A stretch of 63,143 bases of DNA, the filler included, from Octopus bimaculoides (lineage: Eukaryota), in the NCBI RefSeq assembly GCF_001194135.2. It is 5 parts of 4 records of this genome, joined end to end, with 100 filler letters (N's around TTAATTAATTAA, not from the genome) between each part and the next. Parts side by side here need not be neighbours in the genome. Positions count along the whole stretch, not along the records: positions 24,886 to 56,358 come from NC_069010.1; 4 more parts are not named here. One strand, 5' to 3'. The notes below the pieces were generated by a model, which searched no databases, was not told the origin of the DNA, and saw nothing but the letters and a program-made list of their open reading frames with translations. This document shows, one piece after another, positions 28,433-40,760 of the stretch (within the stretch, counting starts at the first letter, position 1; each line of letters begins with the position of its first letter). A program made the translations under genes and the position numbers.

Positions 28433-29076
28433 CTAAAGATCAATATTGAAAAGATTCCATCAAGATTTCATAAAAAATTGATGTTATCAAATTACTGTAT
28501 GCTGATGAGAACATATTCAATTTTACTGTGCTATAATAATATCTGTGAGAGGTAAGTTGCTCACATTCTATGATAAACAGCTTTGTGGACAGCTTCATTG
28601 AAGATTTATAGCCAAACATAATGTATGCGGAGAAGTATGTACCAGTAATTATCTTTGTTGTTTTTTCTACTTCTCTATGTAGTCAGCCTATCGGCAGAAA
28701 GTTAGTGAGGAATTAGTTTCAACGATTATAAAAATAAACTCAACTCTCCTAATTAATAAATTTTGTCATAATGTTTCTATAAATGAATCAATTGATCTAC
28801 TGTTGGGCAAGATGAATACATTGCTGGAGAACTCAGAAGAGAGAATGCGGTGTATTACCTCTTGGTAGATAATATTAATTATAAATACACACACACACAC
28901 ACACACACACACACGAACACACACATACATACACACACATGCATACACACACATACACCCACACATACGTATAGTGGACGTAACGGAACAGACATACAAA
29001 GGCAAGTACATACATATATCTTCTCTCACAACTTCAACTACATTAAAAGTATTTCGAAGCACAGTTACTCGCTTAC

Positions 29077-29246
29077 CTTCATCAATGACTTGGCTTCTGA
29101 TGTTCTTTAGTCGTCGAGTGATCCACTCTGTATTGTAACATTCAGACATGTCTGGTTCTTGCCAGATACCAGTAAATGGTGAACACTTTAGTGATGTCTT
29201 AGTTTGGCTTGATAGCATTTCTAGATGCTTCACCGTTCTGGATGAA
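29077..29246 (-). CDS. aGPCR exon: HormR C-terminal half and linker (SSRTVKHLEMLSSQTKTSLKCSPFTGIWQEPDMSECYNTEWITRRLKNIRSQVIDE-G)
   Basis: 170 bp, phase 2-1, atttttccAG|...G|GTaagc; C...GxWxxPDxSxC motif of aGPCR HormR domains. Confidence 0.88.
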
Positions 29247-30288
29247 CTGGAAAAATGAATGTAAAACATTGTCAGACGTGTTTATTCATTCTCTTCTCAT
29301 CAATTTCAAAAGAATGAAGAGACCATCGATCTAGTTTGGATTTGAACTCATAAACTAGTAAAAGAAGGGTAAATAGCATAATGCGTTTTTGTGCGACATC
29401 TATTATTTACCCTGATCCCCTAACCTCAAAATGAATATAAAACGATCCTGCCAGTTGACCTCGCTTGTGTTTTGTATAATATTGGTTTCAATTTTTGGTA
29501 CAAGACCAACACTTTTGGAGGAGAGGGTAAGTCGATTGCACCAACCCCAGTCCTCAATTGGTGCAGAGTTTATCCATTACTAAGGATTAAAGGCAAAGTC
29601 GACCTCGACAGAATTTGATCTCAGAACGTAAAGACAGACGAAGTGCTGCTAAACATTTCCCTTTGTCTAATATTGACAACAAATCAAANNNNNNNNNNNN
29701 NNNNNNNNNNNNNNNNNNNNNNNNNNNNNNNNNNNNNNNNNNNNNNNNNNNNNNNNNNNNNNNNNNNNNNNNNNNNNNNNNNNNNNNNNNNNNNNNNNNN
29801 NNNNNNNNNNNNNNNNNNNNNNNNNNNNNNNNNNNNNNNNNNNNNNNNNNNNNNNNNNNNNNNNNNNNNNNNNNNNNNNNNNNNNNNNNNNNNNNNNNNN
29901 NNNNNNNNNNNNNNNNNNNNNNNNNNNNNNNNNNNNNNNNNNNNNNNNNNNNNNNNNNNNNNNNNNNNNNNNNNNNNNNNNNNNNNNNNNNNNNNNNNNN
30001 NNNNNNNNNNNNNNNNNNNNNNNNNNNNNNNNNNNNNNNNNNNNNNNNNNNNNNNNNNNNNNNNNNNNNNNNNNNNNNNNNNNNNNNNNNNNNNNNNNNN
30101 NNNNNNNNNNNNNNNNNNNNNNNNNNNNNNNNNNNNNNNNNNNNNNNNNNNNNNNNNNNNNNNNNNNNNNNNNNNNNNNNNNNNNNNNNNNNNNNNNNNN
30201 NNNNNNNNNNNNNNNNNNNNNNNNNNNNNNNNNNNNNNNNNNNNNNNNNNNNNNNNNNNNNNNNNNNNNNNNNNNNNNNNNNNNNNNN

Positions 30289-30600
30289 CTCCATTTCTTT
30301 TAGGGAAACGTTGTCATCTGCTGGTATTGATACATCAATTAGAAAGCATTTTTTTTTCTTCATGATCTTTGACAACTATATCTGGTCTATTGGCCTTAAT
30401 TTCTCTATCTGTGTGTATTGACATATCCCAGAGTATGGCTGCTTTCTCGTTTTCTGTGACCTTTTCTGGCGTGTGCCTATACCATCTTTTTTCTGTTGTT
30501 ATTCCATAGTGTTGGTATAGCTTCCAGTGTATATAAGTCCCAGCTCTGTCGTGTCTATGAATATATTCCTTCTTAGCCAGGACTGGGCAGCCAGAGATAA
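30289..30600 (-). mobile_element. R4/Dong-like non-LTR retrotransposon REL endonuclease fragment
   Basis: IISGCPVLAKKEYIHRHDRAG...ILWDMSIHTDREIKANRPDIVVKDHEEKKCFLIDVSIPADDNVSLKEME; runs into an N gap. Confidence 0.85.
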
Positions 30601-30623
30601 TATGATTTATTGTTTCTTGTCCA

Positions 30624-30663
<40 letters not shown>

Positions 30664-31252
30664 CGCTGTTGTAAATAAATAGTTTGAACTTGCTGGCTGA
30701 TTTGAGGACTATGGTTGATAAATTATTATCAGTAATATCTCAAGAGAGATATAGTCTTATGCTAACAGGAATCTGTGGGGGTGCCACATTTTGCTGGAAA
30801 TAAACTCTATATCTTTCAAGTCCTCTTGGCTACTAGGTATGACAGATTGTCGCAAATATTTCGAGAACCAGAGATCAGTTACAGTTCCATAAAACAAGAA
30901 CCGTAAGGAGGAGAAGGGGGGGGGAAGAGACTTAGAGACAAGAAGAGAGAAAACGTAAGGGGAGAGAGAAGAGTACAGGGTAGAGTTGCAACAGATTGCA
31001 GAGCGGATTCAGTAAAAAAACGCGAGATCAACAATAATAATTACAGAAAGAACAACAGTAGCAGCTTTGGTTGCTGCAACACTTCATCGAGGGAAACCTG
31101 AAGAAGGAAGATGGTAACAATTAGGACAACAACAACACAGAACACAACAGAGCTACCACTACCTCTGACAACAACACGAACAAGTAGTAGTAATAGTGAT
31201 TGTGTTAGCAAAATTATGATGGTAGTCGTGATAAAAATAAGAAAATTAATAC

Positions 31253-31414
31253 CTACTTCCATCAATTAATTCTACATTTTGTTGCTGAATTTTCAAGTCA
31301 TACAATGTCTGTGATGTGTTTAAAACTTGGTATATGTCGAGCAACAGCTTTTCCTTAGTAATATCTCTGACCACGTTACAGTATATAGTAAATATATTTT
31401 TACCATCCTCTGAA
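31253..31414 (-). CDS. aGPCR exon: SEA-like module part 3 (SEDGKNIFTIYCNVVRDITKEKLLLDIYQVLNTSQTLYDLKIQQQNVELIDGS-)
   Basis: 162 bp, phase 2-2, tatttcAG|...AG|GTatta (an alternative donor would end the exon at 31257). Strand-helix-strand pattern; its Cys could pair with the Cys in the previous exon. The SEA-like fold is an inference. Confidence 0.8.
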
Positions 31415-31729
31415 CTGAAATAAAAAAAATACATAACCAATTAACTACTGCTACGGACACGGACAGAGGTCACTGCCATTTACCATTACCAAACACGGTC
31501 ACTACTACTACAACTACAACCAACAAAAAATGCTCCCACAAGGACTGCTGACACCAGTAAGGAACAATTATGAACTTTTCATTTAATTTAATTTTTTTTT
31601 TTTTAAATATGTATTTTTGATAAGGTTCGTTTTTTCAAGAACCGAAACATGTTAAAAATATCTCTGACAAAATTATAAATTAAAATTCATTTTTTATATA
31701 TTGGCGTTTTCAAACTTCCTTTTTATAAG

Positions 31730-31749
<20 letters not shown>

Positions 31750-31760
<11 letters not shown>

Positions 31761-32400
31761 AATAAAAAGAAACGAAGAAGAAACACAAGAAAAAAACAAC
31801 GTGAGGGTGTGGTGCATGCAAAGTACAGCAGACGCTCAGGGAAGGAAAGAAAGCTGGTTTTACGTTGCGAGCTAAGACCTTCTTATATATAGTGAGAATT
31901 TACAAACAAAAAACAAAAGACGAAAACGGGTGTGTAAACAACAGGTGTATAGTGAGGGCTACAAACAAACGATTCTTGACCACTTGCCCACCAGACATAT
32001 TAAATTTGGAGTGCCTTGATAACTAAACATGTCCACTCAATCGTGTCGTCCTTCTTATTAGGCGCAAAATATACTGTCAAACGATGTAACGCAGGAATGT
32101 AGCGGGAAACATACAAAAAGTTATAAACTTAATCATGTGTTCATTCTTTACAAACACTTGACAAAACATTCAGAGCATTCACTGTTTGGACATGTTCAGT
32201 CAATCGTGTCGGCCTGAATTTACGACGCCTATATTTCTACCCGTGTGGACAGACGAGCATGACATTAAGACGGAAAAACACTCTACATAAAGTGCAGATC
32301 CGGTTCCCGCAATACAAACAGATTCCTTTAAGTGAACATACAGAGATATATATGTTTTAAGTGAACACATAGAGAGACGTGTAGGTAACATCAAACCAAA
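31750..32400 (-). mobile_element. Penelope-like element remnant (terminal repeat and degenerate GIY-YIG region)
   Basis: Shares the gctcagggaaggaaa...cgttgcgagc end motif; the upstream HTGRNIG / RLTEH pieces resemble YIGxTxR...RxxEH. Confidence 0.35.
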
Positions 32401-32715
32401 TTTCTCAGTTCTCCCCTTCTACCAGTACAAGAACGTTTAAATAAAGAAAATTGATTCATCGAAAAATATAGAACGCTTCTAAATATGCACGCATAACGAA
32501 CTTTGATCTCTATACATATATTAATTCATAATTACATACCTGTCACTGTACATATTTCTTCCCACTACTTTCTTAAGAAAATACGTTTTTAAATAAATTT
32601 TAATGTCATGATTAGCGAAGGCGAAACCGGTCGACAAACACAATATAGAATATATCAAAAGATATATCAAAAGATATATTAGAACTTTGTAAAGTGTGTG
32701 CATTTTCCATTTTAA

Positions 32716-32747
<32 letters not shown>

Positions 32748-33101
32748 GAATATATATACGAATATATATGAATAACCGTCTAAGGGATAAGAATATCCGT
32801 TGCTACTACCGGTGTAAAAAACCTATGTTAACTTTGTGCGTAGATATGCAAGCATACTATACTCATAGGATACAGGCAATAACAAAATAAACAAGAGTTT
32901 ATCAGGAATCAAACTGAAATCAAGCAGAAAATGGAGAAAATTTTTATGGTACATAGTTTGACAGTATAAATCTTGTATGTTGTGGTTCAAATTCAGCATT
33001 GTTAGGTATTGTAATATTTAATACATACAAGAAAACAACACTGGATTGTTTGGAGCAAAAATAAATAAATTTGAATAAAAGTGTTAAAAGTTTTTGCTTA
33101 C

Positions 33102-33157
33102 CCGCAATATTCAACGCTGAATGTTGTTCCCGTCAAGTTTGATAACTCGTACTCAAT
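33102..33157 (-). CDS. aGPCR exon: SEA-like module part 2 (IEYELSNLTGTTFSVEYC-G)
   Basis: 56 bp, phase 0-2, cttttgcAG|...GG|GTaagc; open frame and phase continuity. Confidence 0.8.
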
Positions 33158-34002
33158 CTGCAAAAGTCGGTTTCATATATATATATAAAATAGTCCTTAA
33201 GGCACGCTGTTAATGTCACTAGAGTGAACAAAATAAAAAAATAGTTAATCCCATACTCGAGTTTCGCTATTAATGACCAAATAAATTAATTTGGCATCCG
33301 TAGTTCGTCTGTGGGATCGATCGAAAACACGCGCGCAAGACTGCTCCATCTTCATACATTATAGATTCAAATTTAGTGTGCTTGTGTAGTCAGATAGTCC
33401 AGCAGCAAATAAATTTAAACTGTGTACTATATGCCCTCAGAATTGGAAAATTTTACCGTATAAATTATGAGGGTAAAAATTAAAATGATCGATTACCAAT
33501 GGTTCGCATGCTTAATAAAAGTCAGAAGACATAACACATTTTTATATACAAGAATGTATACAGATTATACGCGGAGGAAAGACTTTTGACATGCTAAAAT
33601 GGGCAAGAAAATAATTCTTAAAGCACGTTGTTAATGGCACTATATTGTTTCGTTGTGAGGGTTTAACTTCCCTTTTTAGCATGTAAGAAGCCCTGTAAAG
33701 GGTTTTTCTTTGATGTGACAATGATATACATGGGGAAAGTAACACATGTACTATTTATTTAATATTCTCTTGAGTTTTTCTTCGTATTATTTCTAGTTTA
33801 TACGTTTGTGAAACTTCTTTTGTCAGACATTCTGTTACCTCTTCAGTGACTCCTTTTTCTATGTGTCTCCTCTTGTCTCATTTTGCCCTTCTGTGTGATG
33901 TATCCGTATCTGCCCGTGCGTTTATGCCTGTGTGTATGTGTGTGAGACGATGTAGCCCCAGAAGGCAAACTAGCATATCGCTTTGGGAGGACTTTTGGTA
34001 AG

Positions 34003-34365
34003 ATGTGGCTGAGTGGTATGAAACTTGCTTTCCAATCACATAGCTTTGAGTTCAGTTCCACTGCGTAACATCTTGGGCAAGTGTCCTCTAGTATAGCCCT
34101 AGATTGACGAAAGCCTTGTGAGGGCATGTGGTAGATAACTGGAAAGAAGACTGTCTTTCGTATGTGTGTGTTTGTGTTTGTGTCTGTGTTTGTCTCCCAC
34201 TACTGCTGGTGTGTTTACGCCCCTGTAAGTTAGCAGTTCAGCAACAGATCGACGGAATATTTACCAGGATTTACAAGGAATTAAAATTCACTCGACGAGA
34301 AAATTCTTTAAGGCCATGCCCCAGCATGGCTGCAGTCTAATGACTGAAACAAGTAAAAGGTAAAG
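34003..34365 (+). mobile_element. SINE family A, old diverged copy
   Basis: atgtggctgagtggtatgaaacttgctttccaatcaca...ccccagcatggctgcagtctaatgactgaaacaagtaaaagg. Confidence 0.7.
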
Positions 34366-34741
34366 GTTAAGATGAATCTACAGATTAAAGTAGTTGAAAG
34401 ACCAGGGACCCTCATAAAATTCCTGGTCCGTAGAACATAGAGTTATCTTAAAAGTGCATAGATTTTGTAGAATATTTTTCTATGTTTGTCTTCCTCGTGG
34501 AAAGGAAATATTATTTTGGAAAGCTGATCTGGCGAACCTTCAAAGATTGCTGTCGTCTTTGAACGAAATCAATAATACTATTTATTAAAGGTAATAAGTT
34601 TCTTATGTAGTCGATTTTGGCATTTGTTCTATAAAATATGTGTACGTGTGCGCGTGTGTGTGTGTGAAGAGAGAGAGAGAGAGAGAGAGATGGGGGGGGG
34701 AGAAAGAGAAAGTGACAAAGAGAAGGCAGACATCTACTCAC

Positions 34742-34821
34742 AGATATTGACGTGTTTTCAGAGATTTTAGATTTGTTGAGCTTTTCGAAAATCATATAGA
34801 ATTCAAAGGAATTGGTCCAGC
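34742..34821 (-). CDS. aGPCR exon: SEA-like module part 1 ((G)WTNSFEFYMIFEKLNKSKISENTSIS)
   Basis: 80 bp, phase 1-0, ccttccatAG|...TCT|GTgagt; supplies exactly the phase needed between its neighbours. Confidence 0.8.
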
Positions 34822-35145
34822 CTATGGAAGGATATAAAACAGATAATCATAGAGTTTGTAAAAGAGACACACGTCACAGATGCTCAGAAACCCACATACA
34901 TAGACAAAAAACACTTAAGACACACACACACGTACGCACATGCATTCACATTTATACATATACAGACACAGACTTAAAAATACATGCATAAAGAAACATC
35001 CATCTCTTCCTCTATGAAATGGAAAATTATGGATGTATAAATAATTTATTTGTATGATATACAGATATTGAAATTTTTTGTATAAAAACAATACAAATAA
35101 ATTATAAGTTGTAAAGCTCTAAAAGAAATGGCAGATACCAAAAAC

Positions 35146-35760
35146 CTACATATATGTTTCGATTCCTGCCCCTATGTGATACGTAATCCTATATGTGCTG
35201 TATATTTTCGAGATATATATTTGATAGTAGTTGACCAATCCTAAGAATGCTTCTAACAATTTGACGTTCATTGCGGGCGGCATATTCCGTATTGCCGTCG
35301 CTCTTGATGGGTCTGGCCTTCGTCCCATTTCGTCAACTACTTGACCCAGATATTTGATTTTTGTCACCAAAAATTCACATTTTTCTTCTATTAGTCTAAA
35401 CCCGTTTTCATTTATTTTACCAAATGCTTTCTTGATATGATCGAAGTGCTGCTCCACTGATTAGCTCTTTATCAAAATATCACCGAGATAAGCAATAAAG
35501 AAGTTGCAATCATGTAACATTGCATCCATCACTTATTGGAATATGGCAGGTATCACTTTTACTCCAAAAGGGAGCCGCTTGAAATTGATACAATCCACGG
35601 ATGTGTTGATTCTTAAAAGATTTGCACAATCATTCTCTACCTGTACGTGTAGGCAGTTCCCCAAGAGGGCTAATTCGAGAAAATTTTTCCTCCATTTAAT
35701 CTTGAGAACAAATTTTCTGGGTTTGGTAATGAATAATTGTGTTCCTACATAAAATGTCAA
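35146..35760 (-). mobile_element. Ty3/Gypsy LTR retrotransposon RT remnant
   Basis: FKRLPFGVKVIPAIFQ, AYLGDILI (degenerate YLDD), KCEFLVTKIKYLGQVVD, RPDPSRATAIRNMP, FLGLVNYY. Confidence 0.9.
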
Positions 35761-36780
35761 TTGTGTCCGTAAAATGTGTCAGAAGATTTTTTAAAGCAGT
35801 ATAGAGTTACTGTATTTTTCATGCTGTGTTGTCGCCAGTTTCTTCATAATTAGATACATTTTCATACTAGCCTTCTTGAATTTCGTTCTGGTTCAGAAAA
35901 ATACGTCAATGTCGAAACGTTTCATTAATATAGGCTCATGCGTGAATAACGGACCTAAATCGAACGATAGATCAATGCATATACACATAAATACGTACAT
36001 ACACATCTATATATATATATATATACAAGAATATATCCCTGTATATTTATAATGATAAATAGTTTTACCGATAAAGGTTTTTTTCATACTGAACTACTTG
36101 GCAAAATTGTTAATTATTAATTCTATTATTAATTGACGATTCTCTGCCCTTATTCTTGTATATTTTATATTTGATATCTCTAAGTTAGATGGCTAAACCG
36201 TAATCCCTTCCACACGGGACTTCTTTTCATACGGGACTATTTGTGACGCACATGGAATAGATTTCTTTGAGGTGAGGTGCCTGAACTCGCTNNNNNNNNN
36301 NNNNNNNNNNNNNNNNNNNNNNNNNNNNNNNNNNNNNNNNNNNNNNNNNNNNNNNNNNNNNNNNNNNNNNNNNNNNNNNNNNNNNNNNNNNNNNNNNNNN
36401 NNNNNNNNNNNNNNNNNNNNNNNNNNNNNNNNNNNNNNNNNNNNNNNNNNNNNNNNNNNNNNNNNNNNNNNNNNNNNNNNNNNNNNNNNNNNNNNNNNNN
36501 NNNNNNNNNNNNNNNNNNNNNNNNNNNNNNNNNNNNNNNNNNNNNNNNNNNNNNNNNNNNNNNNNNNNNNNNNNNNNNNNNNNNNNNNNNNNNNNNNNNN
36601 NNNNNNNNNNNNNNNNNNNNNNNNNNNNNNNNNNNNNNNNNNNNNNNNNNNNNNNNNNNNNNNNNNNNNNNNNNNNNNNNNNNNNNNNNNNNNNNNNNNN
36701 NNNNNNNNNNNNNNNNNNNNNNNNNNNNNNNNNNNNNNNNNNNNNNNNNNNNNNNNNNNNNNNNNNNNNNNNNNNNNNNN

Positions 36781-36828
<48 letters not shown>

Positions 36829-36974
36829 GCGTGTGCATGTGCACAGTACATCCATACATATGTATATATGCGTCTATGTATTTATATGTACATATACATA
36901 TGCAAATATGCGTGTGCAAACACACATATATACACACATGCACACACATATGCACACAATAAAATCTTCTTATC

Positions 36975-37384
36975 TCTTTTACTTTTTTACTTGTTTCAGT
37001 CATTTGACTGCGGCCATGCTGGAGCACCGCCTTTAGTCGAGCAAATCGACCCCGGGACTTATTCTTTGGAAGCCTAGTACTTATTCTATCGGTCTCTTTT
37101 GCCGAACCGCTTGGTGACGGGGACATAAACACACCAGCATCGGTTGTCAAGCAATGCTAGGGGGACAAACACAGACACACAAACACACACACATATACAT
37201 ATATATATATATATACATATATACGACGGGCTTCTTTCAGTTTCCGTCTTCCAAATCCCCTCACAAGGCTTTGGTCGGCCCGAGGCTATAGTAGAAGACA
37301 CTTGCCCAAGGTGCCACGCAGTGGGACTGAACCCGGAACCATGTGGTTGGTAAGCAAGCTACTTACCACACAGCCACTCCTGCG
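36975..37384 (-). mobile_element. tRNA-derived SINE family A with internal (AT/AC)n
   Basis: Head gcaggagtggctgtgtggtaagtagcttgct...ggttccgggttcagtccc; tail ggtgctccagcatggccgcagtcaaatgactgaaacaagtaaaa. Confidence 0.9.
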
Positions 37385-37678
37385 TAAACTATTAACCCAT
37401 TTGTTGCGAGAATAACTTTTTATTTCTGATTTTGCTGAAACTTTGTTCAAGGATTAGTTTAAGCACCATTTACAGTGATTTGAAGCCAGAAATGTAAAAT
37501 TCAAAATACATTCTTCAATAAACCCAGGTATCATATGGCACCCCTAGGATAATAAGGGTACAAAAATACAGCTGTGGTAATTTTTTTCTGTTTTATTCAG
37601 TAATCAAATGTATATATTCCTCTTTCATAGCAGTAAAAATAACGAAATATCAATAGGCTCACAAAGGAAATATCAATA

Positions 37679-37806
37679 GGCACAGGAGTGGCTGTGTGGT
37701 AAGTAGCTTGCTTACCAGCCACATGGTTCCGGGATCAGTCCCAGCCTCGGGCCGACCAAAGCCTTGTGAGTGGATTTGGTAGAGGGAAACTGAAAGAAGC
37801 CCGTCG
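37679..37806 (+). mobile_element. SINE family A, 5' half (internal deletion), inverted relative to 36975-37384
   Basis: Same head; ends at gaagcccgtcg + (TA)n + gap. Confidence 0.88.
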
Positions 37807-37855
<49 letters not shown>

Positions 37856-39095
37856 GNNNNNNNNNNNNNNNNNNNNNNNNNNNNNNNNNNNNNNNNNNNN
37901 NNNNNNNNNNNNNNNNNNNNNNNNNNNNNNNNNNNNNNNNNNNNNNNNNNNNNNNNNNNNNNNNNNNNNNNNNNNNNNNNNNNNNNNNNNNNNNNNNNNN
38001 NNNNNNNNNNNNNNNNNNNNNNNNNNNNNNNNNNNNNNNNNNNNNNNNNNNNNNNNNNNNNNNNNNNNNNNNNNNNNNNNNNNNNNNNNNNNNNNNNNNN
38101 NNNNNNNNNNNNNNNNNNNNNNNNNNNNNNNNNNNNNNNNNNNNNNNNNNNNNNNNNNNNNNNNNNNNNNNNNNNNNNNNNNNNNNNNNNNNNNNNNNNN
38201 NNNNNNNNNNNNNNNNNNNNNNNNNNNNNNNNNNNNNNNNNNNNNNNNNNNNNNNNNNNNNNNNNNNNNNNNNNNNNNNNNNNNNNNNNNNNNNNNNNNN
38301 NNNNNNNNNNNNNNNNNNNNNNNNNNNNNNNNNNNNNNNNNNNNNNNNNNNNNNNNNNNNNNNNNNNNNNNNNNNNNNNNNNNNNNNNNNNNNNNNNNNN
38401 NNNNNNNNNNNNNNNNNNNNNNNNNNNNNNNNNNNNNNNNNNNNNNNNNNNNNNNNNNNNNNNNNNNNNNNNNNNNNNNNNNNNNNNNNNNNNNNNNNNN
38501 NNNNNNNNNNNNNNNNNNNNNNNNNNNNNNNNNNNNNNNNNNNNNNNNNNNNNNNNNNNNNNNNNNNNNNNNNNNNNNNNNNNNNNNNNNNNNNNNNNNT
38601 CCATTTCTTGTTTTATAGTGCATAGTTGTACCATTCTAAACTTTTATTCTTTACAAACAAGACACAACGCTTCAAGCGAACTACAATACTCTCCTAAAAC
38701 AATAGGAAATAACATGTGTACAGTGTATTTCGTAGCGGTGCCAAATGGCACCTTGAAATAATTCAACAAATCAAATCAAACATCACTGCAATAGATCGTA
38801 CGGACTATTTTCATTTCTTCGTATCTCTAACGAAGTATTTAGATATTATTCTAATAAAATACAAGATATTTTGACCATATTCCTGAATGAGCAAAGAAAT
38901 AGTAACTCACCAGTTTAGATAAGTCATCTCTGCAGGGGATGTTTTTCGCACAGGTTCTAAACTTTTGCACCATAAATTGAGGCAAGAATCATTCCTAACA
39001 TCTTTAATACATGTTTCATGGAAATTAATGTTATAAAGTTTTATTTTTATACCCAGTTTTTGCGATGCCGTATGGCACCACTAGGATCAAATAGC

Positions 39096-39757
39096 GGATC
39101 TATTTTAAAACGGGGGAGCCAGTTTTCATTTATGTTTTATGTAGTGTTTTTAGTACCGAAAGACTTTCAAACTTCGTATACTTATCTATTTTGTGTTATA
39201 GAACAGAAAAATATTTTTGTATTCGAATTTATTTCATGTAAAAAATTGTCTTATTTCGATAATTTCTACTAATCACTGACGTCTATTCAGTTGAAAACAG
39301 TTAGCGCTGTAACGGTGTATATCGTATTAATCCCCTAACCCTAACCCTAACTAGACTGTTCACCGTAACCGTAACCCTAACCCTAAAACTAACCCTAACT
39401 CTAGAATCCGAACTCTAAAATTGTTACACACATAGATACGCACAGCGTAATTTATTATATAAACAATATATGCGTATAAATTACGATTAAACCGGATGAA
39501 ATATGTCACAGGGAATAACATTTTTATGACCGCCCAGCAGTAACTCTATTGAGCTGAATAGACGTCAGTGATTGGTTGAAATTACAGAAATACGACAACT
39601 TTAACATGGAATAACTTACGAATTCCTTTTTTTTTGTTAAGAAGACTAAGAGTAAAAGATGTTTTATATGACACATTCTACCAGTGTCCCAAGTTTCAAA
39701 GTGTTTCGTTAGTGTTTCGTTAAGAAAATACTGGCGCCCCCGTTTTAAAATGGATCC
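39096..39757. mobile_element. Non-autonomous foldback DNA element (Merlin-like MITE), 662 bp, with central CCCTAA repeats
   Basis: Termini GGATCTATTTTAAAACGGGGG / CCCCCGTTTTAAAATGGATCC; 8-bp direct repeat CAAATAGC at 39088-39095 and 39758-39765; imperfect arms of about 200 bp. Confidence 0.8.
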
Positions 39758-39785
39758 CAAATAGCTTCAATGTTCTTATTAACTA

Positions 39786-40183
39786 TTGTTGTTGTTGTTG
39801 TTGACACTCCGTAGCTTACGATGTCGAGGGTTCCAGTTGATCCGATCAACGGAACAGCCTGCTCGTGAAATTAACGTGCAAGTGGCTGAGCACTCCACAG
39901 ACACGTGTACTCTTAACGTAGTTCTCGGGGAGATTCAGCGTGACACAGAGTGTGACAAGGCTGACCCTTTGAATTACAGGCACAACAGAAACAGGAAGTA
40001 AGAGTGAGAGACAGTTGTGGTGGAAGAGTAAAGCAGGGTTCGCCACCATCCCCTGCCGGAGCCTCGTGGAGCTCTTAGGGGTTTTCGATCAATAAACACT
40101 CACAACGCCCGGTCTGGGAATCGAAACCGCGATCCTATGACCGCGAGTCCGCTGCCCTAACCACTGGGCCATTGCGCCTCCAC
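39786..40183 (-). mobile_element. tRNA-derived SINE family B, full length
   Basis: Head gtggaggcgcaatggcccagtggttagggcagcggactcgc...ggtttcgattccc (pol III A/B boxes); (CAA)n tail. Confidence 0.9.
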
Positions 40184-40245
40184 TATTAACTTATTAATGT
40201 GTAATAAATCAAATGTAGTTATATTAGATAATAAATAGCACTTAC

Positions 40246-40429
40246 CGATGAAATCATTCTTGTTACATAAGTTTCCGACGCAACAACCAGCACAGGAAGT
40301 GCCATCGGTCCATATATTGCATGTTTGGCTATTGTTTCTCATAAGGTCAAGACATTTTCTGTATGTACTGCAGGATCTTTCAAACTTCAGTGTAATACCG
40401 CTCATTGATACAGTCAACCGACAAGCAGG
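40246..40429 (-). CDS. aGPCR exon: LU/three-finger module, second part (PACRLTVSMSGITLKFERSCSTYRKCLDLMRNNSQTCNIWTDGTSCAGCCVGNLCNKNDFI-G)
   Basis: 184 bp, phase 0-1, ttttcttacAG|...G|GTaagt; ends in the LU hallmark CCxxxxCN. Confidence 0.9.
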
Positions 40430-40760
40430 CTGTAAGAAAAGATATAAAAGTCTACTACAACCACGACATTTACTAGCACAGCTACCGCTAACTACAGCAA
40501 CAAAAACAATTACAACACTGGGGAGGTTTACCACGTAAAAGAGTTTATCATTGCTACTAAAAAAAATCCCCAAAACAGCAAATGAGACCGAAAATTACTT
40601 GCGAGAGTGTTGTAAGATAACAGCATAAGTGATCCCTTATAAAGTCTATTGATATTTACCTTTTATAAATAACGTTTCGTGAATGCTTCCTGGATGCCAA
40701 CGCGTTCGGATCACATGTAATGTAAATATGGCCATCGAATCACTAGCCGTATTAAAATCA

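Noticed and set aside
38911-39001. Exon-like segment with a strong GTGAGT donor (DVRNDSCLNLWCKSLEPVRKTSPAEMTYLN)
   Set aside because: Its phase 1 to 2 does not fit; the 34742-34821 exon already supplies the needed phase 1 to 0 link, and no domain is recognisable.
39332-39400. CCCTAA repeats as a true telomere or chromosome-fusion scar
   Set aside because: Short, degenerate and enclosed within a TIR/TSD-bounded element.
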